Positions 1 to 8,472 of a stretch of DNA of 40,302 nt are shown piece by piece. Both the position numbers and the translations under genes were made by a program. Numbering within the stretch: the first letter of the stretch is position 1; each line of letters begins with the position of its first letter. Origin of the DNA: a virus (taxonomy: Duplodnaviria; Caudoviricetes); the IMG/VR virus record IMGVR_UViG_3300030104_002640, positions 1 through 40,302 of that record, one strand, 5' to 3'. The notes under the pieces were generated by a model that was not told the origin of the DNA, ran no database searches, and worked only from the letters and a program-made list of their open reading frames with translations.

Positions 1-150
1 AAAAATTGTAATGGAATTTTAGATTTATCTGCTGCTGCTGAGGTAGAAGTTTATGCTTATTATCAACATACAGGAGGTACAGCTGGTACAATAACTGGAG
101 TTACATCTGAAATAGATACATTCTTTTTTGGATTTAAAATAGCGGAGTAA
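1..150 (+). CDS. C-terminal fragment of C1q-like tail fibre/receptor-binding protein (5' truncated)
   Basis: Frame 1 reads KNCNGILDLSAAAEVEVYAY...TFFFGFKIAE*; resembles the C-terminus of 37736..38635 (CSTVIDLAASDYIEGYGY...TYIEGFKLL). Confidence 0.8.
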   Translation, partial: KNCNGILDLSAAAEVEVYAYYQHTGGTAGTITGVTSEIDTFFFGFKIAE

Positions 151-153
151 TGA

Positions 154-501
154 ATGAGTTTATATAATAAAATATTAGCATATTTAGGTAGAACACCAGA
201 CTTTATATCAGAAGTAAAATTACAAGATGATATGATAGATGGAGTTAGTAATCCATACATTAAAGAATGGAATGCAAAAGATAAAGTTAAACCAACTGAT
301 TCACAATTAAATGCTCTTGAAAGTGAAGCTACCAAAATAGGAAACAACAATACTATTCGTGCAACTAGAAGAAATGCTTATGGTGGAATTGGAGATCAGC
401 TAGATTTATTATACAAAGATATGGTCGCTGGAAAATTAGATTCTACTGGCGAATGGTTTAAAAAAATTAAAGCAGTAAAAGATGGAAACCCAAAGGAGTA
501 A
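154..501 (+). CDS. Tail fibre assembly/chaperone-like protein (XkdW-like)
   Basis: EVKLQDD...YIKEWN...KPTDSQL; paralogue of 38632..38952; directly follows a fibre gene. Confidence 0.7.
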   Translation: MSLYNKILAYLGRTPDFISEVKLQDDMIDGVSNPYIKEWNAKDKVKPTDSQLNALESEATKIGNNNTIRATRRNAYGGIGDQLDLLYKDMVAGKLDSTGEWFKKIKAVKDGNPKE

Positions 502-504
502 TGA

Positions 505-1071
505 ATGGCACTAACAAAACTTAATGTAGCAAGAGCTTTAACTGGAGCAACTCCAGTAGCTAATGGTGGAACAAATTTAACTTCTGGATTTGTCAATGGT
601 GGTGCATTAACTGAATTTGATTCATGGCGAAAAACATCTGCTATGTCAGCTACATCAAGTGGAGATTTTTTAACTAATAATTTAGAAAGATGTGATACTG
701 CTAATTTTGAAAAAATTGGAACAGGAATGTCAGAATCTTCTGGTGTTTTTACTTTTCCTTCTACTGGCAAATGGCTTATTAGATTTCAAGCTTCTTATTA
801 TTCTAATAGTCAAGGAGATCGTCTTTGGGGGAAAGCAGAAATACATACTACTACAGATGATGGTACTTATACTCAAGCTTCACAATCAATAGTAAACTGT
901 AGTCAAAATAATGATTCTTGTTCTTCTCCAACTTCATTTCTTTTTGATGTAACTGATGTATCAACACATAAAGTTAAGTTAAGAGTAAGAGCAAATAACA
1001 CTTGGTATGTTAGTGGGAGTACAGATGTAAATGATACTCACGCAGAATTTATGAAAGTAGGAGATACATAA
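505..1071 (+). CDS. Short tail fibre/spike-like protein
   Basis: MALTKLN...PVANGGT fibre motif followed by a beta-rich domain (GMSESSGVFTFPSTGKW). Confidence 0.7.
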   Translation: MALTKLNVARALTGATPVANGGTNLTSGFVNGGALTEFDSWRKTSAMSATSSGDFLTNNLERCDTANFEKIGTGMSESSGVFTFPSTGKWLIRFQASYYSNSQGDRLWGKAEIHTTTDDGTYTQASQSIVNCSQNNDSCSSPTSFLFDVTDVSTHKVKLRVRANNTWYVSGSTDVNDTHAEFMKVGDT

Positions 1072-1072
1072 A

Positions 1073-1279
1073 ATGGATTGGGAAAATAAAGGCAGACCAA
1101 ATATGATTGAAGATTGGATTGTTACCTTACGAGGTGGCGATTTTATTCGTTGGAAAGATAGTAAAAATAAAATTTATTCTAATTTAGAAATTACAGATGG
1201 TGGATATAAACCAACAGAAAAAGAATGTAATGATGGATTAAAAGCTATGCAAGATCAATGGGATAAGGATAACACATGA
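1073..1279 (+). CDS. Small fibre-associated chaperone-like protein
   Basis: YSNLEITDGGYKPTEKE; sits after a fibre gene like the other small cassette partners. Confidence 0.6.
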   Translation: MDWENKGRPNMIEDWIVTLRGGDFIRWKDSKNKIYSNLEITDGGYKPTEKECNDGLKAMQDQWDKDNT

Positions 1280-1359
1280 TTAATCCTTGTTGTGAAGTTT
1301 GTGGTTGCGATAAAGACAAGTGTACTTGTGATGACTTTTGTGAATCATGCGGAGCTTAA
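1276..1359 (+). CDS. 27-aa Cys-rich micro-protein (metallothionein-like), absent from the ORF track
   Basis: MINPCCEVCGCDKDKCTCDDFCESCGA*; AAGGA RBS; ATGA overlap with the upstream stop; its TAA abuts the next ATG at 1360. Confidence 0.7.
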   Translation: MINPCCEVCGCDKDKCTCDDFCESCGA

Positions 1360-1590
1360 ATGAAGATCGAATTGTCAATAACGAATATTTTAATATTCTG
1401 TGGAATTGTTGCAGCTATTAGTGGAAATGTTTTTATTGTAGGAAAACTCTTTGCTGACTTTGAATTATTAAAAACAAATATAGAGGATGTTCAAGCTAAT
1501 CAAAATGTGCTTGAATTAAAGAATGAGATTTTAGAAAACTCTTATAAGATTAAATCATTAAGATTGGAATTAGATGGCGAATATAAATGA
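1360..1590 (+). CDS. Membrane-anchored coiled-coil protein
   Basis: N-terminal hydrophobic helix then heptad-like L/I pattern. Confidence 0.65.
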   Translation: MKIELSITNILIFCGIVAAISGNVFIVGKLFADFELLKTNIEDVQANQNVLELKNEILENSYKIKSLRLELDGEYK

Positions 1591-2240
1591 AACTTTTAAC
1601 AACCTGGACATTTCTTTTTCTTATTATTTTTTTTTCGTTTAGTTTATTAGCTGACGATACTAACTCACAAACAAATACATCTGGCAGCAATACGAATATA
1701 ACTGGTGGATATACCACAACAAATAATAATACTTATCAATCTGGATCTTCTAACGACACAACAAACACAACAAATAATGATACTACTAATACCACAAACA
1801 ATAAGTCTACTATTCCTGTCAATTCTGCCAACGCACCAAGTTTCAGTTCAATGTCGCAAGATGTTTGTAGTATGGCTGTGTCTGGTTCTGTTTCCTCTAC
1901 TCTGGTGGGTGTATCTGGCGGTCGCCACTATTCTGATTTAAACTGTGAGAGAATAAAACTTGCTAAAGTATTAAAAGACTTTGGTATGTCCGTAGCTTCA
2001 GTTTCAATTCTCTGCCAGGATGCAAGAGTATTTTCTGCAATGGAAAGTGCTGGTACTCCATGTCCATTTCAAGGCAAGATTGGTAATGACGCAAAAAATC
2101 TTTGGAAAAAATATCCAGAATTAAGACCAGATTATGAACAATACATTAAAAGAGAAGAATACATGGCATCAATTCGCATTGAAACAATGTGCGAGGATTG
2201 TGATGCTAATGTGTTTGATCGCAACATCCACAACGAATAG
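1587..2240 (+). CDS. Secreted Cys-containing phage protein
   Basis: Signal peptide (MKLLTTWTFLFLIIFFSFSLLA-DD), T/N-rich linker, then CERIKLAK...LCQDARVF...AGTPCP. Confidence 0.8.
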   Translation: MKLLTTWTFLFLIIFFSFSLLADDTNSQTNTSGSNTNITGGYTTTNNNTYQSGSSNDTTNTTNNDTTNTTNNKSTIPVNSANAPSFSSMSQDVCSMAVSGSVSSTLVGVSGGRHYSDLNCERIKLAKVLKDFGMSVASVSILCQDARVFSAMESAGTPCPFQGKIGNDAKNLWKKYPELRPDYEQYIKREEYMASIRIETMCEDCDANVFDRNIHNE

Positions 2241-3783
2241 TGAAATTGTAACTACTGGTAATTTATTACCTAATGCCAATGATGGTGTTGATTGGGGATC
2301 ATCTCAAACTGACATGATTAATGATGGTGGTAGTGGGTATGTTTCTAATGGATCTACTGTCAATGGATTTACCATTACTTGTCCAACCTCCCAAGCAAAT
2401 TGTGGTTATAAATATAATGTTGGTGGAGATTTTGAAGTAACTGGTACAGCTACTGTAAGTGTCGATGATATTTCTTTGACCAGCAATTCTATTACTCAAT
2501 CAATGTTGGATAATGGAATTACTTTAAATAGTTATATTGATGTTGCTAATTGTGAAAGTGTCCAGGGTAATTGTGAAGCTAAATCTGGCAGCAACGATAG
2601 TCATACAACAACAGTAAAATTAAAAGATAGTAATGGAAATACTTTAAGTACAGTTTCACAAACTAGAACAGACCAAGTTGGTTTCCAAGGTAATTGCAAT
2701 GGTTATCCAGGAGTTAGTGGCGATGGTAGATCAGATGCTTGTGGTCAATATACTGATACAATTATTTATAATGATATAGGCAGTAATAAAGTTGATTGGT
2801 CTTGGAGTGGTACTGATACTAATTATACAAATCAATCTATTCAAGGTGTTAATTTATTAGGTGCATCTTTAAAGATGACATATGTTGATAGTAATTACAT
2901 TCCTGTTGATACTGATACACAAGAAACAATAGATGATATTGAAGAAAATATCCCAGACATTGAAGATGAATTTACTTTTGAAAATTATTTTATTTTTGAA
3001 GAAGAATTTTCCTGGGAAGATGACTTTACTTTTGAAGAAGAATTTTTTGAAGAAGAATTTGAAACAATATTTTTAGAAGAGTTTGAAGAGTTTGAAGAAT
3101 TTGAAGAAGCAACCTTTGAAGAATTAGAAATACCAGAAGAGTTTGAAAGTTTTGTTGAATCTTTTACCAATGATTTTTCCGAAGAAGAAATGGAAATATT
3201 GGAAGAAGAATTTGCAGAAGAATTTGAAGAATTTGTTGAAGAAATAATTGAAGAAGAACCAGAAGAAACAGAAGTAGTTGAAGCTGAAACAGAGGATGAA
3301 ATAATTGAAGAAGAACCTACTGAAGAAACAGAGGTAGCTTCTAATGAAGAAGAAGAAACAACAGAAATTGAAGAGGAAGAAAATGAACCCATTGCAGAAG
3401 AAGAAACCGAAACCGAAATATTAGAAGAAGAGTCTGATGTTGAGGTCGTTGATAATAAAGTTAATGATAAAATTAATATTAAAATTAATGATAAGATATC
3501 AGTTAATGTAAAAGAAATTAGTTTATTTGATGATGGTAATAAACTTGAAGTTTATAATGAAACAGATTTTTACCAACCAGAAACTATTTATACTAATGTT
3601 GATAATAGTTTTTTTGTCCAGGCAGATCTCTCATTATACAACAAGGGAATTTATATAAATATAGGTTTGGATAATTATATTAATACAGATCCTATTGGAG
3701 ATAGAGATAGAAAATTATACGAATTAAAGGTGGAAAAAATACAATTAATGATTCAACTACGAAAATTAAAGGAAATGTTATGA
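2203..3783 (+). CDS. Probably exported protein with Cys-containing beta domain and a very long acidic tract
   Basis: ORF track 2134..3783; GAGGA RBS favours ATG 2203; about 190 residues without Lys/Arg. Confidence 0.8.
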   Translation: MLMCLIATSTTNSEIVTTGNLLPNANDGVDWGSSQTDMINDGGSGYVSNGSTVNGFTITCPTSQANCGYKYNVGGDFEVTGTATVSVDDISLTSNSITQSMLDNGITLNSYIDVANCESVQGNCEAKSGSNDSHTTTVKLKDSNGNTLSTVSQTRTDQVGFQGNCNGYPGVSGDGRSDACGQYTDTIIYNDIGSNKVDWSWSGTDTNYTNQSIQGVNLLGASLKMTYVDSNYIPVDTDTQETIDDIEENIPDIEDEFTFENYFIFEEEFSWEDDFTFEEEFFEEEFETIFLEEFEEFEEFEEATFEELEIPEEFESFVESFTNDFSEEEMEILEEEFAEEFEEFVEEIIEEEPEETEVVEAETEDEIIEEEPTEETEVASNEEEETTEIEEEENEPIAEEETETEILEEESDVEVVDNKVNDKINIKINDKISVNVKEISLFDDGNKLEVYNETDFYQPETIYTNVDNSFFVQADLSLYNKGIYINIGLDNYINTDPIGDRDRKLYELKVEKIQLMIQLRKLKEML

Positions 3784-4277
3784 TACAAAAATTAACAAGT
3801 TATGCTTCTCTGTTAGGTGTGGTTGCTGCTATTGGTGGTGGCTTCATGGCTTGGGGAGAATTTAATAATAGAATTGCACAACTAGAAAATAAAGAATTTG
3901 TTATCAATGAAACTGTGGATCTTGCTCCTATTAATGACAAAATATCTACACTTGAAGTAGAAATATTAGATCGTATGTCTGCACTAGAAGATGAATGGAT
4001 GGCTAGAGATAATGATAGCCTGGATGATATTAGTACAGATATTTTAACTGCTAAATCAGACTCCATAAATAGGGATGAAAAACTTGCAGCTGCTGATAAA
4101 GAAATGATGAAAAAAATGTCAGAATTTTCATCAGAGGTTTTTAAAGAATTTGGAAAAATTAGAGATCTTATTAATGACTTAAATAAAAAGATAGCTGTTG
4201 CAGAAAAACAATCAGAATTAAATGGAATATTAATCGAGGAAATAAAAGAACAAGCTAGTAATCCTTTGGGGGGATAA
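3780..4277 (+). CDS. Membrane-anchored coiled-coil protein (spanin-like topology)
   Basis: N-terminal TM (YASLLGVVAAIGGGFMAW), long coiled coil, C-terminal NPLGG. Confidence 0.7.
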   Translation: MIQKLTSYASLLGVVAAIGGGFMAWGEFNNRIAQLENKEFVINETVDLAPINDKISTLEVEILDRMSALEDEWMARDNDSLDDISTDILTAKSDSINRDEKLAAADKEMMKKMSEFSSEVFKEFGKIRDLINDLNKKIAVAEKQSELNGILIEEIKEQASNPLGG

Positions 4278-4504
4278 TGTTTTATATCCAGGCAATGTTG
4301 TGTTTGCTGCACATACAAAATATGCCAGTACCAGTTTGTTTTACAGATGCAACTATCCCATATTCATTTGAAACTAAAGAGGAATGTATTTTAAAGAGAG
4401 ATGAACTCGTTTTAATAATTAATGATGATTTAAAAAAAAGAAAAATTTCAATGATTTTATTTTGTAATGAATATGAACAACTTGGGGATATAACAAATGT
4501 CTGA
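4277..4504 (+). CDS. Hypothetical Cys-containing protein
   Basis: TAATG coupling; F-x-T-x-E-E-C motif. Confidence 0.6.
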   Translation: MFYIQAMLCLLHIQNMPVPVCFTDATIPYSFETKEECILKRDELVLIINDDLKKRKISMILFCNEYEQLGDITNV

Positions 4505-4691
4505 TTGGGAAAAACAAATTTCTTTATTACATCAAGATGTAAAATATCTTATACAAAGACAAGAGATTATGTCTAAAGAAATTAAAGAACTTCAACGATT
4601 TTCTGCTATGGGTGCTGGTGGATTAAAAGTATTAGCAGCTGTAGGAATTGTTTTAGGTTTTGTCTATTCCTGGGTTAAGCTAATTGATTAA
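4497..4691 (+). CDS. Small coiled-coil protein with C-terminal TM (holin/XhlA-like topology)
   Basis: Coiled coil followed by GAGGLKVLAAVGIVLGFVYSW. Confidence 0.6.
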   Translation: MSDWEKQISLLHQDVKYLIQRQEIMSKEIKELQRFSAMGAGGLKVLAAVGIVLGFVYSWVKLID

Positions 4692-4693
4692 TA

Positions 4694-4987
4694 CTGTCGT
4701 ATCACAAAATAATAAAAGGACTGCAATCCGAGTTCATTGCAGCTGCCTGGCTATCTAAAAAAAATTATACAGTTTATTGGAAAACACAAGACAATGATGT
4801 CATAGATTTAGTTGCTGTTCATAGAGTTACTGGAAGAGTAATTAAAATCGATGTTAAGACTGCATCGTATCGTAAGACCTGGAAGCCAGGTACTATGATT
4901 AATCGTAAAGAGTCTAATTACCAAAAACAATTAGGAGTTAAAATCCTATATGTTTTAAGAGATGGAGAATGTAAATGGAAAAAATAA
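4694..4987 (+). CDS. PD-(D/E)XK endonuclease (Hjc/YraN-like) with non-canonical start
   Basis: KGLQSEFIAAAWLSKKNYTVY...DVIDLVAV...IKIDVKT; in-frame TGA at 4685-4687, only ATA (4691) or CTG (4694) available as start. Confidence 0.65.
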   Translation: MSYHKIIKGLQSEFIAAAWLSKKNYTVYWKTQDNDVIDLVAVHRVTGRVIKIDVKTASYRKTWKPGTMINRKESNYQKQLGVKILYVLRDGECKWKK

Positions 4988-4992
4988 TAAGT

Positions 4993-5085
4993 ATGTGGAG
5001 TGGATTAAAAAAATCAGTAAAAATTTTTATAGTTATTGCTGTTGCTATTTTAATTTATGCTCTCATCAATAACATTTTTAATTAA
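4993..5085 (+). CDS. 30-aa single-TM micro-protein
   Basis: MWSGLKKSVKIFIVIAVAILIYALINNIFN*; TAATG overlap with the next gene. Confidence 0.55.
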   Translation: MWSGLKKSVKIFIVIAVAILIYALINNIFN

Positions 5086-5480
5086 TGTTTAATTTATTAC
5101 TAGGACCTTTGACCGATATAGTTGGAACTTCGGTCAAGGGTTTTATTGCAAACAAAAAAGAAAAAAATAATTTAAAACTTACAGAAATAAAAGCAGCCGC
5201 TAAACTTAAACAAGATCAAATAGACGGAAAAGTAGCCTGGGAAACATCTGCTGTTGATCAAATGAAAGGCAGCATTAAAGACGAAGTTGCATTATTTGTT
5301 TTACTTGCTCCAGCAGTTTTAAGTTTTATTCCTGGTATGACAGAATATGTAAAGCAAGGTTTTATCGCTTTACAAGAAACACCAGTCTACTATCAACATT
5401 TATTATACATTGCAATTTCAGCGAGTTTTGGAATTAAAGGTGCATCTGGCGCGATGAAGTTATTTGGCAAGAAGAAGTAA
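5085..5480 (+). CDS. Holin-like membrane protein
   Basis: Amphipathic N-terminus, coiled coil, two hydrophobic helices (SIKDEVALFVLLAPAVLSFIP...ASFGIK), basic C-tail. Confidence 0.65.
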   Translation: MFNLLLGPLTDIVGTSVKGFIANKKEKNNLKLTEIKAAAKLKQDQIDGKVAWETSAVDQMKGSIKDEVALFVLLAPAVLSFIPGMTEYVKQGFIALQETPVYYQHLLYIAISASFGIKGASGAMKLFGKKK

Positions 5481-5682
5481 AAAACAAAAAATTATAATTC
5501 CTGGTTTGTGGTTTTTTGAAAAGGACCGAACCCAACAAGAAGAATATAAAAAAAATAATAGACCAGGTGGATGTGAAAATTGCACCGATGCGCCAATACA
5601 CTCAAATGACCGATTTTTGACCTGGATGTGTGGAAATTGCAAATTTAACGAGTTTTCAACAAAAAAAAACCTCCATATTTGA
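5464..5682 (+). CDS. Small Zn-ribbon protein
   Basis: CENC...WMCGNC; TTG start. Confidence 0.55.
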   Translation: MARRSKKQKIIIPGLWFFEKDRTQQEEYKKNNRPGGCENCTDAPIHSNDRFLTWMCGNCKFNEFSTKKNLHI

Positions 5683-5728
5683 TCGTACAGAGGTTTTTTA
5701 GAGGAGGGTGGTATGTTTGTACCCCCCT
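5664..5728. terminator. Paired hairpins where the late operon and integrase converge
   Basis: AAAAAACCTC-N16-GAGGTTTTTT (5664-5699) and AGGGTGGTA-N6-TACCCCCCT (5705-5728). Confidence 0.5.
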
Positions 5729-5731
5729 AAT

Positions 5732-7012
5732 TTATTGATGAATCAGAGATGCAACTGTATTAGCTTCTTTCCTTTTTTTATCAATGTTTGGCAATTTAAA
5801 GTTATAAATATCATTAACTGCTTGGGTTGTGTGTCCAACATCTTGTTTAGTATCCTGTCCAATAGATTCTCTGATAGTAATAACCATTTTTCTTAAACTA
5901 TGAGGATTAATATTTCCATCAATCCCAACTTTATTTCCAAATCTATTTAAAATTCTTTTTTGAAAATTACGACTATTAATAGGAGTACAACCACTTTGAC
6001 TTGGAAACAATAACCATCCCCATTTAAAATCTTCCTTATATCCATTACGAGAGTTTAATTCATCTAAATGAATATTTAAAATTTTTCTACATTCATCAGA
6101 TAATACCAAAGTTCTTTTCCCAGCTCTAGTTTTTGGAGTCATTTTTAATTCTCCAGTATTTGTATTAAGAGTTTTTGTAATTCTAAAAATACCTTTTTCT
6201 CTGTCATATTGATCTTGGGTTGCAGAAAAAATTTCCCCTGGTCTATTTCCTATTTCTGACCATAAGCTGGTCATTGCAAAATGTTGGTAATTATAATTTT
6301 TAATAGCCAGTAATAATTTACCAATTCTTTCCAGCATATCACTAAAACCACCTTGAACCATAACTGGATCTGGTTTTGTTTCTTTAAAATCAGCTTTTAT
6401 ACTATGATAATCTGAACGAACAACATTTTCAAAAGGATTATTAAGTAAATTTAATTCTTCCTTTCCTAATGCCCATTTAAACATTCTATTCATTAAATTA
6501 AATGAGTTACCATTATTTCTTACACCAATTTTACCATCTGGAGTTTTTGTTGATCCATCGTAGTGTGTAATTTTATTTAATTTATCACTTAACTCTGTAG
6601 CAAGGGGGGTTGTCATTTCGTTTATTTTATAGTTACGAAAATATTGTCCTTTAATTTTTATTCCATTCTCACGATCTCCAGAAGTTTTATTATCATCTCT
6701 AAAGTCATAAGAACCTAAAACAATATTAGCACAATATTGATAATCTATTTCACAAGATTTACTAATTGGTTTTGTTCTATTTAAACAATGTTCAAGATAA
6801 AGATCAAAAAGTTTATTAACTGTAATGTACTCTAAATTGTAAGTGCCATTATCAATTTGTTTTTTTATTTTTATTCTTTCTTCAATACATAAATCATAAT
6901 CAGAATTTGAAAATCTTTTAACATTTTTATTCTCATTATCATGTACTTGGAAAAACCATTTTGATCTTACTTTCCATTCTCTTATTTCAGTAATTTTATA
7001 TCGATTCTTCAT
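5732..7012 (-). CDS. int: Tyrosine recombinase/integrase
   Basis: Catalytic set: G-N-R-P-G-E (R), TPKT (K), PHSLRK (HxxR), VGHT (H), DIY (Y). Confidence 0.93.
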   Translation of the reverse strand: MKNRYKITEIREWKVRSKWFFQVHDNENKNVKRFSNSDYDLCIEERIKIKKQIDNGTYNLEYITVNKLFDLYLEHCLNRTKPISKSCEIDYQYCANIVLGSYDFRDDNKTSGDRENGIKIKGQYFRNYKINEMTTPLATELSDKLNKITHYDGSTKTPDGKIGVRNNGNSFNLMNRMFKWALGKEELNLLNNPFENVVRSDYHSIKADFKETKPDPVMVQGGFSDMLERIGKLLLAIKNYNYQHFAMTSLWSEIGNRPGEIFSATQDQYDREKGIFRITKTLNTNTGELKMTPKTRAGKRTLVLSDECRKILNIHLDELNSRNGYKEDFKWGWLLFPSQSGCTPINSRNFQKRILNRFGNKVGIDGNINPHSLRKMVITIRESIGQDTKQDVGHTTQAVNDIYNFKLPNIDKKRKEANTVASLIHQ

Positions 7013-7044
7013 ATCTATAATATATAGATTTTTATTCTATATAC

Positions 7045-7256
7045 AAGTGACACTTTGCACTTTGTCACTTTTATATATAGTGACAACTGTCACAGCTTAT
7101 ATAAAAAACCTATGTATTTAGCCAGATTATACAAGATTATATAAGATAATTTATTTTAAAAAATGGCGGAATACTTAAACGACCTATTGATTAACAGACA
7201 ATATATAAATGGCAGAAAACAAGTATTTTTACATTATCAAAAGTGACAGCTGTCAT
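7045..7256. promoter_or_regulatory. attP arm region with inverted GTGACA/TGTCAC pairs and phased 10-bp direct repeats
   Basis: AAGTGACA..TGTCACTT (7045-7070), GTGACAACTGTCAC (7080-7093), TGACAGCTGTCA (7244-7255), AGATTATACA-AGATTATATA-AGATAAT (7124-7150). Confidence 0.55.
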
Positions 7257-7344
7257 TAAAAAAAAAATAATTTTTTAAAAAAATATTAATTTACCGAATA
7301 GTCGCTTGATTATAGATTTACTTTCTATTAAACAATTTTGGTAT

Positions 7345-7419
7345 TCCCAGGTAGCACAATGGTAGTGCATCTGACTGTTAATCAGAGGGTTACTGGTTCG
7401 AGTCCAGTCCTGGGAGCCA
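7345..7419 (+). tRNA. trnN: tRNA-Asn (GTT), complete with encoded CCA; probable attP core
   Basis: TCCCAGG/CCTGGGA acceptor stem, GCAC/GTGC D-stem, TCTGA-CT-GTT-AA-TCAGA anticodon arm, ACTGG-TTCGAGT-CCAGT T-arm, G discriminator, CCA. Confidence 0.96.
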
Positions 7420-7591
7420 ATTTTTTAGTTCTTGGATCTATCTTATTTGGTCTAACTTTACCTACCAGTTTATAAACATAAACATAGTTTTCACATCTCA
7501 CTCCCTCAAATTGAAAATGTAATTTTTTAGGAGGATCATCATACATCCTCTCCAGGCACATTGGATCAAAATTACTATTTGTTACTGGCAC
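7382..7591 (-). CDS. Hypothetical protein whose C-terminus runs antisense through the tRNA 3' half
   Basis: Last gene of the leftward operon; overlaps the upstream ORF. Confidence 0.6.
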   Translation of the reverse strand: MPVTNSNFDPMCLERMYDDPPKKLHFQFEGVRCENYVYVYKLVGKVRPNKIDPRTKKLAPRTGLEPVTL

Positions 7592-7808
7592 TTTTTTTTT
7601 GAAATTCTAACGCATGAATATGACAAAAAGTAAATCGGTTCACGATTGTTAATTTTTTAGGATCATCTTCTGTGCAACTTTCTTTATAGCAGATAGTTTT
7701 TTGTGGTTTTAAAATTGATAAAACATTAACCATTTCTTGTTTATCTCCAACTCTAATAGTATCAGCTGGTTTGTCGTTACTTGGCAACCACTTTCCTTTT
7801 AATTTCAT
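7575..7808 (-). CDS. Hypothetical protein with possible Zn site
   Basis: CYKESC...FCHIH. Confidence 0.6.
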   Translation of the reverse strand: MKLKGKWLPSNDKPADTIRVGDKQEMVNVLSILKPQKTICYKESCTEDDPKKLTIVNRFTFCHIHALEFQKKSASNK

Positions 7809-8028
7809 ATGCTTCTTTCTCTAGTTCAGTTAAAATATGTTTCTTATCGTTTTTAATAAACCATCCTCTCATGACAGTATTTCTATTGGCATAATCTTCT
7901 AATCTTTCTGTACTTACTTCGTTTTGATCTTTTCTAGCAAATTCTGATTTATCTAAATCTTCTTTCAGCTGCTTATTTTCTTTTCGTATAGAAGTTAGCT
8001 TACTCTTTAATTCTTCTTCTAATGTCAT
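7777..8028 (-). CDS. Coiled-coil hypothetical protein
   Basis: Heptad pattern; in operon. Confidence 0.6.
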   Translation of the reverse strand: MTLEEELKSKLTSIRKENKQLKEDLDKSEFARKDQNEVSTERLEDYANRNTVMRGWFIKNDKKHILTELEKEAYEIKRKVVAK

Positions 8029-8269
8029 CTATTTTTCTTTTTAATTTTTGTTTGGCTTTAGTTGCATAAACAACAGCATCCAATGACTCTTCAATAATAT
8101 CATCTAATAATGCTCCTATTGGCTTATCCATTTCTGCCATTGTGTTTCCAAACTTTAAAATTCCCATGTTAGATCTATTAATTAAACTTTCGCATATACC
8201 TCTTACTAAAGGATCTGGAACTAACTCTGGATCTAACTTAACTAAATTTTCTGGATCAAGCTCTGTCAT
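8000..8269 (-). CDS. All-alpha NTP-pyrophosphatase (MazG-like) type small protein
   Basis: RSNMGILKFGNTM...IIEESLDAVVY (EExxD motif). Confidence 0.5.
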   Translation of the reverse strand: MTELDPENLVKLDPELVPDPLVRGICESLINRSNMGILKFGNTMAEMDKPIGALLDDIIEESLDAVVYATKAKQKLKRKIDDIRRRIKE

Positions 8270-8472
8270 AATCCTTTGCTCTCAACCCATTCATTTAATT
8301 TACGAAGCGATATTAAATATCTTCCACCAATTTTTTTTAAAGGTAAATTTTCTTTATCTCTTAACCAATAAACTTTTTGTCTTAATCCATGTTCGGTAAG
8401 TTGCGGCTGATTTTTAAATAATATTTTACCAGCCGCAGCTGCATCCAATAATTGTAAAGATGGTAGGTTCAT
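8266..8472 (-). CDS. xis: Excisionase-like winged-HTH protein
   Basis: KVYWLRDKENLPLKKIGGRYLISLRKLNEWV; in the leftward operon near int. Confidence 0.7.
   Translation of the reverse strand: MNLPSLQLLDAAAAGKILFKNQPQLTEHGLRQKVYWLRDKENLPLKKIGGRYLISLRKLNEWVESKGL

Noticed and set aside
2985-3392. 135-aa Ser-rich antisense ORF
   Set aside because: Shadow of the Glu-rich (GAA) tract on the plus strand
3800-4318. 172-aa antisense ORF (similar cases at 63-350, 396-770, 15573-15833, 24137-24445, 35244-35573, 36721-37011)
   Set aside because: Shadows of clear plus-strand genes; no promoter, RBS or codon anomaly noticed
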